Shown here: one piece after another, positions 8,941 to 18,394 of the stretch
How positions within the stretch are numbered: position 1 is the first letter of the stretch
How the letters are laid out: each line of letters opens with the position of its first letter
Assembly (NCBI GenBank): GCA_963665125.2
Contig: CAXXUK010000002.1
Span: 160,001 to 224,000 of the forward strand
DNA: 64,000 bases
Direction: 5' to 3'
DNA from: an uncultured Desulfarculus sp.
GTDB lineage: Bacteria > Desulfobacterota > Desulfarculia > Desulfarculales > Desulfarculaceae
Program-made: the position numbers and the translations under genes
Notes under the pieces: generated by a model
Told to the model about the DNA's origin: nothing
Database searches by the model: none
Seen by the model: the letters and a program-made list of their open reading frames with translations, nothing else

Positions 8941-11271
8941 TCATATCAGGTTCAGCGGGTCCACGTCGACGATGAGCCGCACGCCAGGCGGCATGCCGCC
9001 CAGGCGGTGCAGGCCGAGCTGCAACAAGCGCGAGCCCTGGGAGGCCGTGGGCGTCTTGAGGATGATCTGCCAGCGGAAGCGGCCCTGGGCTTTGGACATG
9101 GGCGCCGGGGCCGGGCCCAGGACCTGGGCCTCGGGCGAGATGCGCGGAAGTTCCACGGCCAGTTTTTCGGCCAGCCCGGCGGCGGCACGCTCCACGGCCT
9201 GGAACGCGGCGCCCTCCAGGCGCAGGAGCATCAGGCGCATGAACGGCGGATAACCCAAAAGCCTGCGCTCGGCGATTTCCATTTCATAAAACAGCTCGGG
9301 CCGGTGGGTGGCTGCGGCCTGGATGGCGTGGTGCAAGGGGTCGTAGGTCTGCACGATGACCCTGCCCTTGGTTTTGCCCCTGCCCGCCCTGCCCGCGGCC
9401 TGGGTCAGCACGGTGTAGGCCCGTTCCGCCGCCCGGAAATCCGGCAGGCTCAGGGCCTGGTCGGCCAAAAGCACGCCCACCAGGTTGATGCGCGGGAAAT
9501 GGTGGCCCTTGGTGATCATCTGGGTGCCCACGATGACGTCGACATTGTGGTCGGCCACGTCCCGGAGTACCTGGCGCAGCTTGGCCGGGCTGGAGGCCGT
9601 GTCACGGTCAAGACGGGCGATGCGCCACTGGGGCTCCAACTCGGCCAGCTTGTCGGCCACGGCCTCGGTGCCCAGGCCAAGGGGCCGCATCTGGTCGCCG
9701 TCGGCCCGGCAGTGGGGGCACTTGTCGGGCAGGGGCCGGTTGTGGCCGCAGGTGTGGCAGGTCAGGCGGTTGGCCGCCCGGTGCAGGGTCAAAGACACGC
9801 TGCACGCCGGGCAGCCCACGGTCTTGCCGCAGGACGGGCACAATAAAGCCGGGGCAAACCCCCGCCGGTTCAAAAAGACGATGGCCTGGCGACCCTGGCC
9901 GATCTCCTGGCGCAGGGCCTGGTGCAGGCGCGGGCTCAGGAAGCCGCCGGTGAGTCTGCCCGCCGAGCGCAGGTCGATCACCTCCGTATCGGGCAGCACC
10001 GCGCCGCCGATACGCCGGGGCATTTCCAACAGCCTGAGCGCGCCGGAGCGGGCCCGTTCAAGTGTCGTTACAGCCGGGGTGGCCGTGCCCAATACCACCG
10101 GGCAGCCCTGCTCCTGGCCCCGCAGCAGGGCCAGGTCCCGGCCGTGGTAGCGGAAACGGTCTTCCTGCTTGTAGGCCTCGTCCTGTTCCTCGTCCACGCA
10201 GATCAGGCCCAGGTCGCGTAGCGGCGCGAACACCGCCGAGCGGGCCCCCACCACTACCATGGGTCCGCCATTGGAGATGGCCCGCCACTGGCCCCGCCGG
10301 GCCGCCGGGCTCAGGCCCGAGTGCAGTACGGCCGCGCGCTCGGCCCCGAAGCGCCGGGCCACCAGGCCTTGCAGACGCAGGGCCAGGCCGATTTCAGGCA
10401 CTAGGATCAATGCTGAAAGGCCTTGCTCCAGAGCCCGCTTGGCCGCAGCCATGTACACCTCGGTCTTGCCCGATCCGGTGACGCCGTAGAGCAAAAACGC
10501 CTGGAAGCGGCGCTCGTCAAGGGCCGGGATTATCGCCGCCATGGCGGCCTGCTGGTCTGGGCTCAATTCAGCGGGTTCGGGTTCGGCCATGATCGGCCGT
10601 CCCAGCACGTCCTTGAAGGCCGTGCGGTGGCTGATGCGGACCCAGCCCTGGCTCTCCAGGCGGCGCACCAGCGTGGCGGCCTGGCTAAACTGTTGGCGCA
10701 GTTCGGGCAGCGGAACCTCGCCTTCCCGGCGCAGGCGCTCCAGGATATTCGCGGTCTTGGTGCCCACCCTGGGCAGGTGCCCGTTGTTGCCGGGGATATA
10801 GTGGGCGATCTCCATGGAGGCCCGGCCCAGATCCGTGGCTCCGCCCGAGGGCTTGATGGAGCCCAGCCCGGCGGGCAGGGACCAGGCCAGGGCCTGGCCC
10901 GGAGGCGTCTGGTAGTGGGCCGAGGCCCGGTGATAGAAGCCCAGCATCTCCGGGGGCAGGAGTTGGGGCTCTCCGGCGGGTTCCAGTACATCCCGAACGG
11001 AGGCCAGACCCTCCACGTCACCGGCCTCTGGCAGGCCCAAGGCGAACCCCAGGGCCGTCCGGCCCCGCAGGGGCACGGCCAGCCGGGCCAGCGGCCGCAC
11101 CATGGGGGCCAATTCGGCAGGGACGCGGTAGGTCAGGGCCTTCCACAGGGGGGCGGCCACGGCGACCTCCACCCGCAGGGCCTGTTTGGCCGGGTCGGGC
11201 AACTTCAGCGTCCCCGTGCGATGCTGTTCTGGAAAATCCGTGTCATTTGAAGAGAGTCTGGGGCTTGTCAA
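8941..11271 (-). CDS. priA: Primosomal protein N' (replication restart helicase); start uncertain
   Basis: GVTGSGKTEVY, DEEQD, FLNRRGFAP, Cys clusters CPSC/CPAC/CHTC/CPHC, GTQMITKGHHFP, VDVDP. Confidence 0.96.
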   Translation of the reverse strand: MTSPRLSSNDTDFPEQHRTGTLKLPDPAKQALRVEVAVAAPLWKALTYRVPAELAPMVRPLARLAVPLRGRTALGFALGLPEAGDVEGLASVRDVLEPAGEPQLLPPEMLGFYHRASAHYQTPPGQALAWSLPAGLGSIKPSGGATDLGRASMEIAHYIPGNNGHLPRVGTKTANILERLRREGEVPLPELRQQFSQAATLVRRLESQGWVRISHRTAFKDVLGRPIMAEPEPAELSPDQQAAMAAIIPALDERRFQAFLLYGVTGSGKTEVYMAAAKRALEQGLSALILVPEIGLALRLQGLVARRFGAERAAVLHSGLSPAARRGQWRAISNGGPMVVVGARSAVFAPLRDLGLICVDEEQDEAYKQEDRFRYHGRDLALLRGQEQGCPVVLGTATPAVTTLERARSGALRLLEMPRRIGGAVLPDTEVIDLRSAGRLTGGFLSPRLHQALRQEIGQGRQAIVFLNRRGFAPALLCPSCGKTVGCPACSVSLTLHRAANRLTCHTCGHNRPLPDKCPHCRADGDQMRPLGLGTEAVADKLAELEPQWRIARLDRDTASSPAKLRQVLRDVADHNVDVIVGTQMITKGHHFPRINLVGVLLADQALSLPDFRAAERAYTVLTQAAGRAGRGKTKGRVIVQTYDPLHHAIQAAATHRPELFYEMEIAERRLLGYPPFMRLMLLRLEGAAFQAVERAAAGLAEKLAVELPRISPEAQVLGPAPAPMSKAQGRFRWQIILKTPTASQGSRLLQLGLHRLGGMPPGVRLIVDVDPLNLI

Positions 11272-11677
11272 ACCAGCCCAGGTCGATCATCTTCCAGCCG
11301 GATTCGGGCCGATAAAAAGTAAACCAGATGACCAGAGCGTTGTTCTCGAATTTTTCCAAATATAAGTAGCGCAGCATGCTGTCGCCGATCTTTTCCTGGC
11401 GGATGAATTCCATGGCAACGCGTTTGCCCAGGACCGGCAAAAGGGTTTGCCGCTGATTGACGAACTGCTGGCCCATTTTGATCAGCCGCTCTTGAGGCAG
11501 GGTCGTGTATGGTCCGATGGCCGTGATGACCTCGGGGAAGTTGTCCTGGGCCATCATGGCCACCGCCCTGTCGGCCAAGACGCGGCACTCGGATTCGCTG
11601 GCAATGGTTTGGGTCTGGGCCGACGCGGTTCCGGCCAGCAACAGGACGATAGCTATTGAAAGTAAACGCTTGAACAT
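11243..11677 (-). CDS. Hypothetical exported protein
   Basis: Signal peptide MFKRLLSIAIVLLLAGTASA; GGAG SD upstream. Confidence 0.75.
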   Translation of the reverse strand: MFKRLLSIAIVLLLAGTASAQTQTIASESECRVLADRAVAMMAQDNFPEVITAIGPYTTLPQERLIKMGQQFVNQRQTLLPVLGKRVAMEFIRQEKIGDSMLRYLYLEKFENNALVIWFTFYRPESGWKMIDLGWFDKPQTLFK

Positions 11678-11693
11678 TGATTTCTCCCCTTGA

Positions 11694-13034
11694 TCATGCC
11701 TTGCCCAGAGGGCATCCGGTTATATCCTCGGCCCAGGCCAAAAAGCCCGGCCTGCGTTCCTGCATCTGCATGGCCTTCAGCGCGACCTCGGTGTTGGCCG
11801 CCGATTTCCAGGCCTTGATGGGCTGGGGTTCGGCCCGCTGCACAAAGGCCGTGGGCACCAGGAAGTTTACGTCACCCTGCACCGGCTGGAAATACAAATA
11901 TCCGTCCTTGACGGCAATGGGCATTGACAGGCCCTTTTCCCGCACGGCCTTGGCCGTCTCCAGGGGATAGGGGTAGTGGTTGATATTCTTGTTGAGGAAC
12001 TTGATGTCCTGGTTGGCCACGCCTTTGAGCTGGAACGACTCTATCATCACGTTGCGGCCAAGTTCCGGGTCCCAGCACAGGCTTCCGCCTTTTTGGGGAT
12101 TTTCCGGGTGGTTCCGCACTGTCTCCATGATCATGCGATAGCCTTCGAGACTCAGCTTCAGGGCCATGGCCAGGCCGTGCAAATCCAGGGAGCGGCCCAG
12201 GTAGTCCAGGTCCTCGATGTTGAACGAGACCTTGTCCCGGAACAGGGACAGGCGCGAGCGGTACTGGTCCCAGTTCAGGCTTTGGCGTATGCCGTCGGTC
12301 AGAGTGAATATCTGGCCGTCCATGGTGGTCTGCATCAGCATCTGGCCGTGGTTGTGCAGCCGTTTGACCGAGCCGGAGTCATAGACCCAGCCGCCGTTTT
12401 TGATCATGCCGTGGAAGCCCCGTTGGATCATGAACAGCACTTTTTCCGGGTCAAAGCCATAAAAATTGGCCTGCTGGAAATCGCCCAGAATCGCGTCGGC
12501 CGAATTTTCTCCGGCGATGATCAACAGCCACTGTTTGCGCAGGACCGTACTCGGCGGCAGACCCGCCTCCTGGGCCAGCAGGCTCAGGTCCCAGGCCAGT
12601 TGCAGCATGTGGCGGCGGCCAAGGCTTATATCGTGCAGGGACAGCGGCTTGACGGCCGGGCGGCCCACGCCCAGCTTTTGCAGGACCTCGTAGGTCAGGT
12701 CCCTGGCGGGGTTGATCATGTATTTGGGGCCCATGCCCAGACGGGTGGCCTCGCCGGCGCAGGTGTGCTCCAGGAGCACCTCGCCGTGCAGCAGGGCGTC
12801 CTTGGCCAAGGCGATGTCATTGGGCGTGACGATTTTGTCATCCATTACCACGATATTACGGGGCTGCTCCAGGATGTCCAGGCGCGGGTATTGGTTGAGA
12901 TCATCTTCGGCCTCGGCCACATCGCCCACCGTGGGGTAGCCGGCCAACCGCTCACCGGCCATGGCCATGCAACCGGCGATGTAGGCGGTAAAGTCGTTTA
13001 GCGGAACAGGAGTCGGCTTTGCCGGATCAAGCAT
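11694..13034 (-). CDS. Hypothetical protein, possibly a divergent UDPGP-type sugar-1-phosphate nucleotidyltransferase
   Basis: CAGEATRLGMGPK, HNHG, FNIEDL, QKGGSL and NINH occur in the order of UDPGP-family motifs. Confidence 0.5.
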   Translation of the reverse strand: MLDPAKPTPVPLNDFTAYIAGCMAMAGERLAGYPTVGDVAEAEDDLNQYPRLDILEQPRNIVVMDDKIVTPNDIALAKDALLHGEVLLEHTCAGEATRLGMGPKYMINPARDLTYEVLQKLGVGRPAVKPLSLHDISLGRRHMLQLAWDLSLLAQEAGLPPSTVLRKQWLLIIAGENSADAILGDFQQANFYGFDPEKVLFMIQRGFHGMIKNGGWVYDSGSVKRLHNHGQMLMQTTMDGQIFTLTDGIRQSLNWDQYRSRLSLFRDKVSFNIEDLDYLGRSLDLHGLAMALKLSLEGYRMIMETVRNHPENPQKGGSLCWDPELGRNVMIESFQLKGVANQDIKFLNKNINHYPYPLETAKAVREKGLSMPIAVKDGYLYFQPVQGDVNFLVPTAFVQRAEPQPIKAWKSAANTEVALKAMQMQERRPGFLAWAEDITGCPLGKA

Positions 13035-13087
13035 TGGAGCCCCCTTTGCTGATGATTTTGGCTGAAGCCATTGAAGGCGTTGTTTGT

Positions 13088-14449
13088 TCAGTGTAACCCG
13101 ACAAGCGCCGTTGGGGCAAATTCCCGGTCCAGCCCCAACATATCGGCCATGAGGCCGCCCAGGCCGGCCACGCTTTTGGGCCTGTCAGGCGGCGCGGGCC
13201 AGGCGCAGGCAAGGGCCCCCGTGGGCCGGTGGGTGCCGCTGAGATGGCTGACGCCGAATACGCCTGGCCGGTCCAGGCCCGCCCGCAGGCTGTAGCCAGG
13301 CGCGGCCACGGCCACCAGATCCGGCGCGGTTTCGGCCTGGGGGCCATGATACAGGTCTTTGCCGCGATGCACCGCCGCTATGGGCGCCTCTTCGACCACG
13401 CTGATGCGGTCGGAGCCCTGCTCCACCCGGCGGAAGCGCAGGGCCAGGAGGCCCTCGCTGATGCGCTCCAAGAGGGCCTGGGCCTCTGGGCCGGGATGGA
13501 CCCAGCCGCCGGGGAAGCGCCCGGCCCAATGCAGGTGGATGCGGCCCGGATCAAGGGCAATGGCCGCCGTGCGGGGCAGAATGGTTTCATTGGGCGGTTC
13601 GCCCTGGATCTGCAACAGGCCCTGGGAGACCAGCCAGGGGTTGAGATAGACCTCCGAGCGGATGGGGCCGAATGAATGATCGGCGGCGATGAGCAGGCTG
13701 GCCTTGCCGGACGCGATGTCCGCGGCGCGGTGCTCCAGAACCCTGCCGATGAAACCGTCTGCCAGTCGGTATATCTCCAGGGCCGCCCGGGCCAGGGGGT
13801 GGCCGTCATCCCACAGGGCCGGCCAGGCGAAATGGTTGACCCGGTCGGTGTCGGTGATAACCGCCGCGTAGAGATCCCACGGCTCTTGTTTGAGTATTTG
13901 CTCGAAGTATTGCAACCGCACGGCCAGGGCCGCGGATATGTCGGCCAGAAGCCCGGCCACGTCATCGCGGCCCCGGTCCAACTCGGCCTCGGCCCGGTAT
14001 CCGGCGGCCTCCAGGCTGGCCAACAGGCCCGGCGGATGTACGCCCTGGGCCAGATCCGGGCAGACAAACCCGCTGATCATCACCCCGTTGATGTCCGAAG
14101 CCGGGAAGGTAAGCGGCAGACCCAGAATGGCCGAGCGGCGGCCCTGGGCCGAGAGCAGGTCCCACAGGCGCGGAGACCGGACCATGGTCGAGTCCGTGGG
14201 TGCCATGGCGTAGGCCCCGGGCCGGTGGTGGGCAAAGCCGTAGATGCCGTGCTCGCCGGGCTCTTGGCCGCTGAACATGGTGGTCCAGCACACCGGCGAA
14301 ACGTCGGGCAGGGGCGAGGCGGTGGGCCAAGCCGCGCCCCGCGCCATCAGCCCGGCCAGGTTGGGCATCACGCCCCGCAGGGCCAGGCTCTGGGCCAGGT
14401 CCAGGCCAACGCCGTCCAGGCCGATGAATATCAGCCGTCCAGGTTCCAT
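13088..14449 (-). CDS. Alkaline phosphatase superfamily (type I phosphodiesterase/nucleotide pyrophosphatase)
   Basis: IGLDG, PDVSPVCWTT, PGEHGIYGF, DRVNH, ADHSF, GTH. Confidence 0.88.
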   Translation of the reverse strand: MEPGRLIFIGLDGVGLDLAQSLALRGVMPNLAGLMARGAAWPTASPLPDVSPVCWTTMFSGQEPGEHGIYGFAHHRPGAYAMAPTDSTMVRSPRLWDLLSAQGRRSAILGLPLTFPASDINGVMISGFVCPDLAQGVHPPGLLASLEAAGYRAEAELDRGRDDVAGLLADISAALAVRLQYFEQILKQEPWDLYAAVITDTDRVNHFAWPALWDDGHPLARAALEIYRLADGFIGRVLEHRAADIASGKASLLIAADHSFGPIRSEVYLNPWLVSQGLLQIQGEPPNETILPRTAAIALDPGRIHLHWAGRFPGGWVHPGPEAQALLERISEGLLALRFRRVEQGSDRISVVEEAPIAAVHRGKDLYHGPQAETAPDLVAVAAPGYSLRAGLDRPGVFGVSHLSGTHRPTGALACAWPAPPDRPKSVAGLGGLMADMLGLDREFAPTALVGLH

Positions 14450-15318
14450 TTGTCCCGGGCTTGTTTGATGATTTGCGCGCCGGAGCTGGTGCCCAGACGT
14501 CCCGCCCCGGCCTCGATCAGGGCCATGGCCTGGTCCAGGTCACGGATGCCGCCCGCCGCCTTGATCCCCAGGTCCGCAGCGGCCAGGCGCATGATTCGAA
14601 CGTCTTCAACCGTGGCCGGGCCGTAATGGCCGGAGCCGGTCTTGAGCCAGGCCGCGCCGCTGGGGGCCAGAGCGGCGGCGACCTCGGCGGTGAGCCGGGG
14701 CCCCAGTTCACTGGTCTCCATGATCACCTTGACCTCGGCCGGGGACACGGCCTGGACAATGGCCGCTATCTCGTCCACGGCCCGTCCTAGGTCGCCGGAA
14801 AAGACCAGGCCCCGGTTGAGCACCACGTCCAGTTCAACGGCTCCGCATTTGGCGGCCTCCACGGCCTGGGCCAGTTTACCGCCGTAGTCGGACATGCCCA
14901 GGGGGAAATCCACCACCGTGCACACGGCCACTTCAGAGCCTTTCAGGACTTCGGCTGCTCGGGGCACCATCCAGGGGCAGACGCAGGCCGCGGCGAAGTT
15001 GTTTTCCAGGCACTGGTCCAACAACCTCCCCAGATCGTCCAGGGTGGCCTCCGGTTTGAGCAGGGTGTGGTCGATGCTGCGGGCCAGGGCGGCCAGTGAG
15101 TTGGCCTGGCTCACCTCGCGGATAATGGCCTCGGCTTTTTGTTGGTCCGCCTGCTCCACGTAGATGGCCCCGAAGCCCTTTTGGCTGACAAACAGGCCAT
15201 CATAGGCCGTGTCCTGATAGGAGCGCAGCACGTATTCGATGCCCGCATCGCCCAAGGCCCCGGCCAGGACGTCCGCTTCGAAGCGGTTGTCGGCCACGCA
15301 AAGTTTGATCATGCCCAT
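14431..15318 (-). CDS. deoC: Deoxyribose-phosphate aldolase with an extra N-terminal domain (DUF2007-like)
   Basis: IDHTLLKP, CTVVDFPLG, KVIMET, LKTGSG, KAAGGIR, RLGTS; start set at ATG 15318 behind GGAG. Confidence 0.9.
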   Translation of the reverse strand: MGMIKLCVADNRFEADVLAGALGDAGIEYVLRSYQDTAYDGLFVSQKGFGAIYVEQADQQKAEAIIREVSQANSLAALARSIDHTLLKPEATLDDLGRLLDQCLENNFAAACVCPWMVPRAAEVLKGSEVAVCTVVDFPLGMSDYGGKLAQAVEAAKCGAVELDVVLNRGLVFSGDLGRAVDEIAAIVQAVSPAEVKVIMETSELGPRLTAEVAAALAPSGAAWLKTGSGHYGPATVEDVRIMRLAAADLGIKAAGGIRDLDQAMALIEAGAGRLGTSSGAQIIKQARDKWNLDG

Positions 15319-15506
15319 GATATTTCTCCGGCCCTGCTTGCCGTTTTCGGAAATTGTTCGCTCCACCAGTTATCAGCTTGCGGCCGTCAGCGCAAGAGGC
15401 GGCTAAATTTAGATTTTAATGTGGTGCCTCGGCGGGTTGATGACATAATATGCAAACGAACCTTCGTATTTGCTTTTAATATTTATCCGGTCGGATCGTA
15501 AACCCA

Positions 15507-16604
15507 TTGGATCTATTTAATATCATTACTCCAATGTCCTATTGGATTCTCGTTCTGCTGTGGACGGGAATTCTGGTCTTTTTTTTGGGCCGGCTGTTTT
15601 CCCGCGAAAGCAAAAGCCGTTTCCTTGTCGTATTGCTGATAATCCTTTCAATAGACGCATTCAGGACCTTGTTTGAAAGCGCCTACTTTGGTTTATGGTC
15701 CACCTCAATGGTCGGCATGCTGCCGCCATCCGTTCATGAGATTCTAACCCGGCCCCAGTATGTTTTCATTCCAAAGTTCATCAATGTGCTGGCCGCGCTG
15801 GTGGTGGTGTTCATCCTGATCAAAAAATGGTTGCCCGCCGAAACAGCGGAACGCAGGGAACAACTTGCCCGGATCAGCGCCCTGGAACAGGAAATGCAGC
15901 AACGGCTATCGGCCGAAGATGCCATGGAGCAAAGGAATCAATTTCTTGTCGAGTTCATGCACGAAGCGCCCATACCCATCACCGTTCACGACACCGATGG
16001 CACGCTGACCAGGGCAAACGAGGCCTGGCGGAAGATGTGGGAGATACATGATTTGTCAGAGGTGTTGGGACGCTTTAGCATCCTCAAAGACCGCCAGACA
16101 CAAAAAGACGGCTTGAGCGCCATATTTCAAGAGGTCGTGGAAGCCAAGAGGTTTGGTAGGTTCGATGGGAAATACACGCCCATGGAATCGGGAATGCCCG
16201 GAATTACAAGGGTGGTCAGCGTTAGCCTGTATCCCATGGTGGTCTCCGGGGAGGTGTTCCGCGTAATCACCATCAGTTTGGACCTTACCGATGAATACCA
16301 CCGTCAGACCGAGCAGAAGCGCCAGGCCCACAACCAGGGGGCCCTGGAGATGGCCGGGGCGGCCTGCCATGAATTGAACCAGCCGTTGCAGGTCATCACC
16401 GCCCAACTGGAAATGCTGCTGGAGGAAGAGCAAGCCAACCCCCAAGCTGGCAGGCGTATCGCTACCATGAGCGGCGAAGTCAAACGCATGGCCGATATCA
16501 TCCGCAAGATGGAAAAACTGACCACCGTCGAGACCATGGACTACCTGGGGGATACCAGGATAGTCGATATCAAGGGTTCAAAAAGCGGCAATGGTGATGG
16601 TTGA
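15507..16604 (+). CDS. Membrane sensor with PAS and HisKA-like segment, no HATPase domain
   Basis: About 3 TM helices, a PAS-like region, H-box AACHELNQPLQ, then the protein ends. Confidence 0.75.
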   Translation: MDLFNIITPMSYWILVLLWTGILVFFLGRLFSRESKSRFLVVLLIILSIDAFRTLFESAYFGLWSTSMVGMLPPSVHEILTRPQYVFIPKFINVLAALVVVFILIKKWLPAETAERREQLARISALEQEMQQRLSAEDAMEQRNQFLVEFMHEAPIPITVHDTDGTLTRANEAWRKMWEIHDLSEVLGRFSILKDRQTQKDGLSAIFQEVVEAKRFGRFDGKYTPMESGMPGITRVVSVSLYPMVVSGEVFRVITISLDLTDEYHRQTEQKRQAHNQGALEMAGAACHELNQPLQVITAQLEMLLEEEQANPQAGRRIATMSGEVKRMADIIRKMEKLTTVETMDYLGDTRIVDIKGSKSGNGDG

Positions 16605-16637
16605 GCCGGGAGGCCCGGCTCGGGTCGGATTGTTCCG

Positions 16638-16964
16638 TCAGGCCGAGGCGTCGTCGGCGCGGACGCCCTGGGCCGAGGCCAATAGCTTGAGCTTGACCGA
16701 GGTGGGCAGGGCCAGCTTGTTTTCCCTGGTGCAGGGCACGTCGGCTCCGCCCACCGGGCTGCCTACGTTTTGCCAGTCCTGCAGGATGTAATCCAGGATA
16801 TCGTCATTGATGGTCTGTCCTTGCGCGGCTTTGGACGCGCCCTTGTGGCGGCGCTCCAGGGCCATCAGGGTGGCGGTGTCCATGCGGCGGACCATGAAAA
16901 CGGCGCCGTCGATGCTCACCTTGAAGCGTTCCTCCGGGTCGATGATCTGAATTCCCTTTGCCAT
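16638..16964 (-). CDS. Hypothetical protein resembling phage tail assembly chaperones (paralogue B)
   Basis: GGAG SD; ILQDWQNVGSPVGGADVPCTRENK motif; aligns with 16966-17325. Confidence 0.6.
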   Translation of the reverse strand: MAKGIQIIDPEERFKVSIDGAVFMVRRMDTATLMALERRHKGASKAAQGQTINDDILDYILQDWQNVGSPVGGADVPCTRENKLALPTSVKLKLLASAQGVRADDASA

Positions 16965-16965
16965 G

Positions 16966-17325
16966 TCAAATCTCCTTTGGCGGCAGCGGTTCCTTGGCCG
17001 CGCGCACCAGTTTTTCCCGCACCGACGCCGGAAGCATCCGCGCCGCCTCGGGGGTGTACTCTAGCGGCCCTCCGTCCGGGCCGGTCACGTTTTCCCAACC
17101 CACCAGCACATGGGCGCAGATGGCCCGCTCCAAGGCGGCGGGGGGGATGACCATGCGGGGCGGCTGCCCGCGGTATTCGCCGGGCGCGGGCACAGTTTGC
17201 TGCCGCTCCAGGGCGGCCAGCGCGCCGATGCTCAGGCGCCGGTAATAAAGTGTCGAGTCCCCCAGCCTCAGGGGCCAGCGTTCGTTGGGATCGACCAAAA
17301 CGATTTTTGCGGGTTCGTTTTCCAT
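16966..17325 (-). CDS. Hypothetical protein resembling phage tail assembly chaperones (paralogue A)
   Basis: VLVGWENVTGPDGGPLEYTPEAARML motif; stop is 1 nt before the ATG of paralogue B. Confidence 0.6.
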   Translation of the reverse strand: MENEPAKIVLVDPNERWPLRLGDSTLYYRRLSIGALAALERQQTVPAPGEYRGQPPRMVIPPAALERAICAHVLVGWENVTGPDGGPLEYTPEAARMLPASVREKLVRAAKEPLPPKEI

Positions 17326-17455
17326 GGGCCAATGCTATGGCCGTATTGGGGCGTGGTCTTGGGAGGCGTTTCGATAAAGCAAAGCCGCCTTACCGCCCGC
17401 TGTTTGGTGTGCTACAATCCGGCTCAAAGCCTGTACGCCTGCAAGGAGAGGTCAA

Positions 17456-18394
17456 TTGAAGATACTCGTCACCGGCGGGGCCGGATTCATAGGCAGCCAT
17501 GTGGTCAGGGCGTTTCTGACCCTTGGCCACGAGGTCGTGGTCATCGACGACCTGTCCTCGGGCAAAAGGGCCAACCTACCGCCGGAGGCCCGCCTGGAGG
17601 TCATGGACATCTGCTCGCCCCAGGCGGCCGAGTTGGTCCGTAAGGAGCGCTTCGAGGTCATCGACCACCACGCGGCCCAGATTTCAGTGCCGTTTTCGGT
17701 GCAGAATCCGCTTGCCGACGCCGCGACCAACGTCCTGGGCCTGATCAACCTGGTTGAGGCCGGTCGCCACAGCGGGCTGCGGCGGGTGGTGTTCATCAGC
17801 TCGGGCGGAGCCATCTACGGCGAGGTGCCCCGGGTTGCCGCCACCGAAGACACCCCCACCAAGCCCCTGTCGCCCTATGCCGTGAGCAAGATCACGGGCG
17901 AGAAGTATCTGGCCTATTACAGCCTGGCCCACGGCATCGAGGTGGTGGCCCTGCGTTACGGCAATGTCTACGGCCCCCGCCAGATTCCTCATGGCGAGGC
18001 CGGGGTGGTGGCCATATTCATGGATCAGATCCTGGCCAACAAAAAGGCCTCGATATTCAGGTACGACGACACCCCCGGCGGCATGATCCGGGATTACGTT
18101 TATGCCGGAGACTGCGCGGCGGCCAATGCCCTGGCCCTGGATGGCAAACCCGGCGCCTACAACATCGCCACGGGCAGGCCCACCGACACCCTGAGCCTGT
18201 GGCAGGCGGTGGCCAAGGCGGCGGACTCGGACCCCGGCCATGAATTCGGCCCGGCCCGGCCCGGCGACCTGCGGCGCAGCCTGCTGGACTGCTCCAAGGC
18301 CGAGCGCGGCCTGAGTTGGCGGCCCGAACACGATCTGGCGAGCGGCATCCATAAGACCTGGCAATGGCGCGTTGGGGAGGGATACAGGCCATGA
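17456..18394 (+). CDS. NAD-dependent epimerase/dehydratase (UDP-glucose 4-epimerase-like)
   Basis: VTGGAGFIGSH, YAVSK (YxxxK), LRYGNVYGPRQ; TTG start after AGGAGAGG. Confidence 0.93.
   Translation: MKILVTGGAGFIGSHVVRAFLTLGHEVVVIDDLSSGKRANLPPEARLEVMDICSPQAAELVRKERFEVIDHHAAQISVPFSVQNPLADAATNVLGLINLVEAGRHSGLRRVVFISSGGAIYGEVPRVAATEDTPTKPLSPYAVSKITGEKYLAYYSLAHGIEVVALRYGNVYGPRQIPHGEAGVVAIFMDQILANKKASIFRYDDTPGGMIRDYVYAGDCAAANALALDGKPGAYNIATGRPTDTLSLWQAVAKAADSDPGHEFGPARPGDLRRSLLDCSKAERGLSWRPEHDLASGIHKTWQWRVGEGYRP

Noticed and set aside
16960..17025. Lambda G/GT-type -1 frameshift linking the two chaperone-like ORFs (GGGAAAA present)
   Set aside because: The heptamer is not in X XXY YYZ phase, the second ORF is in the +1 frame, and it has its own SD and ATG.
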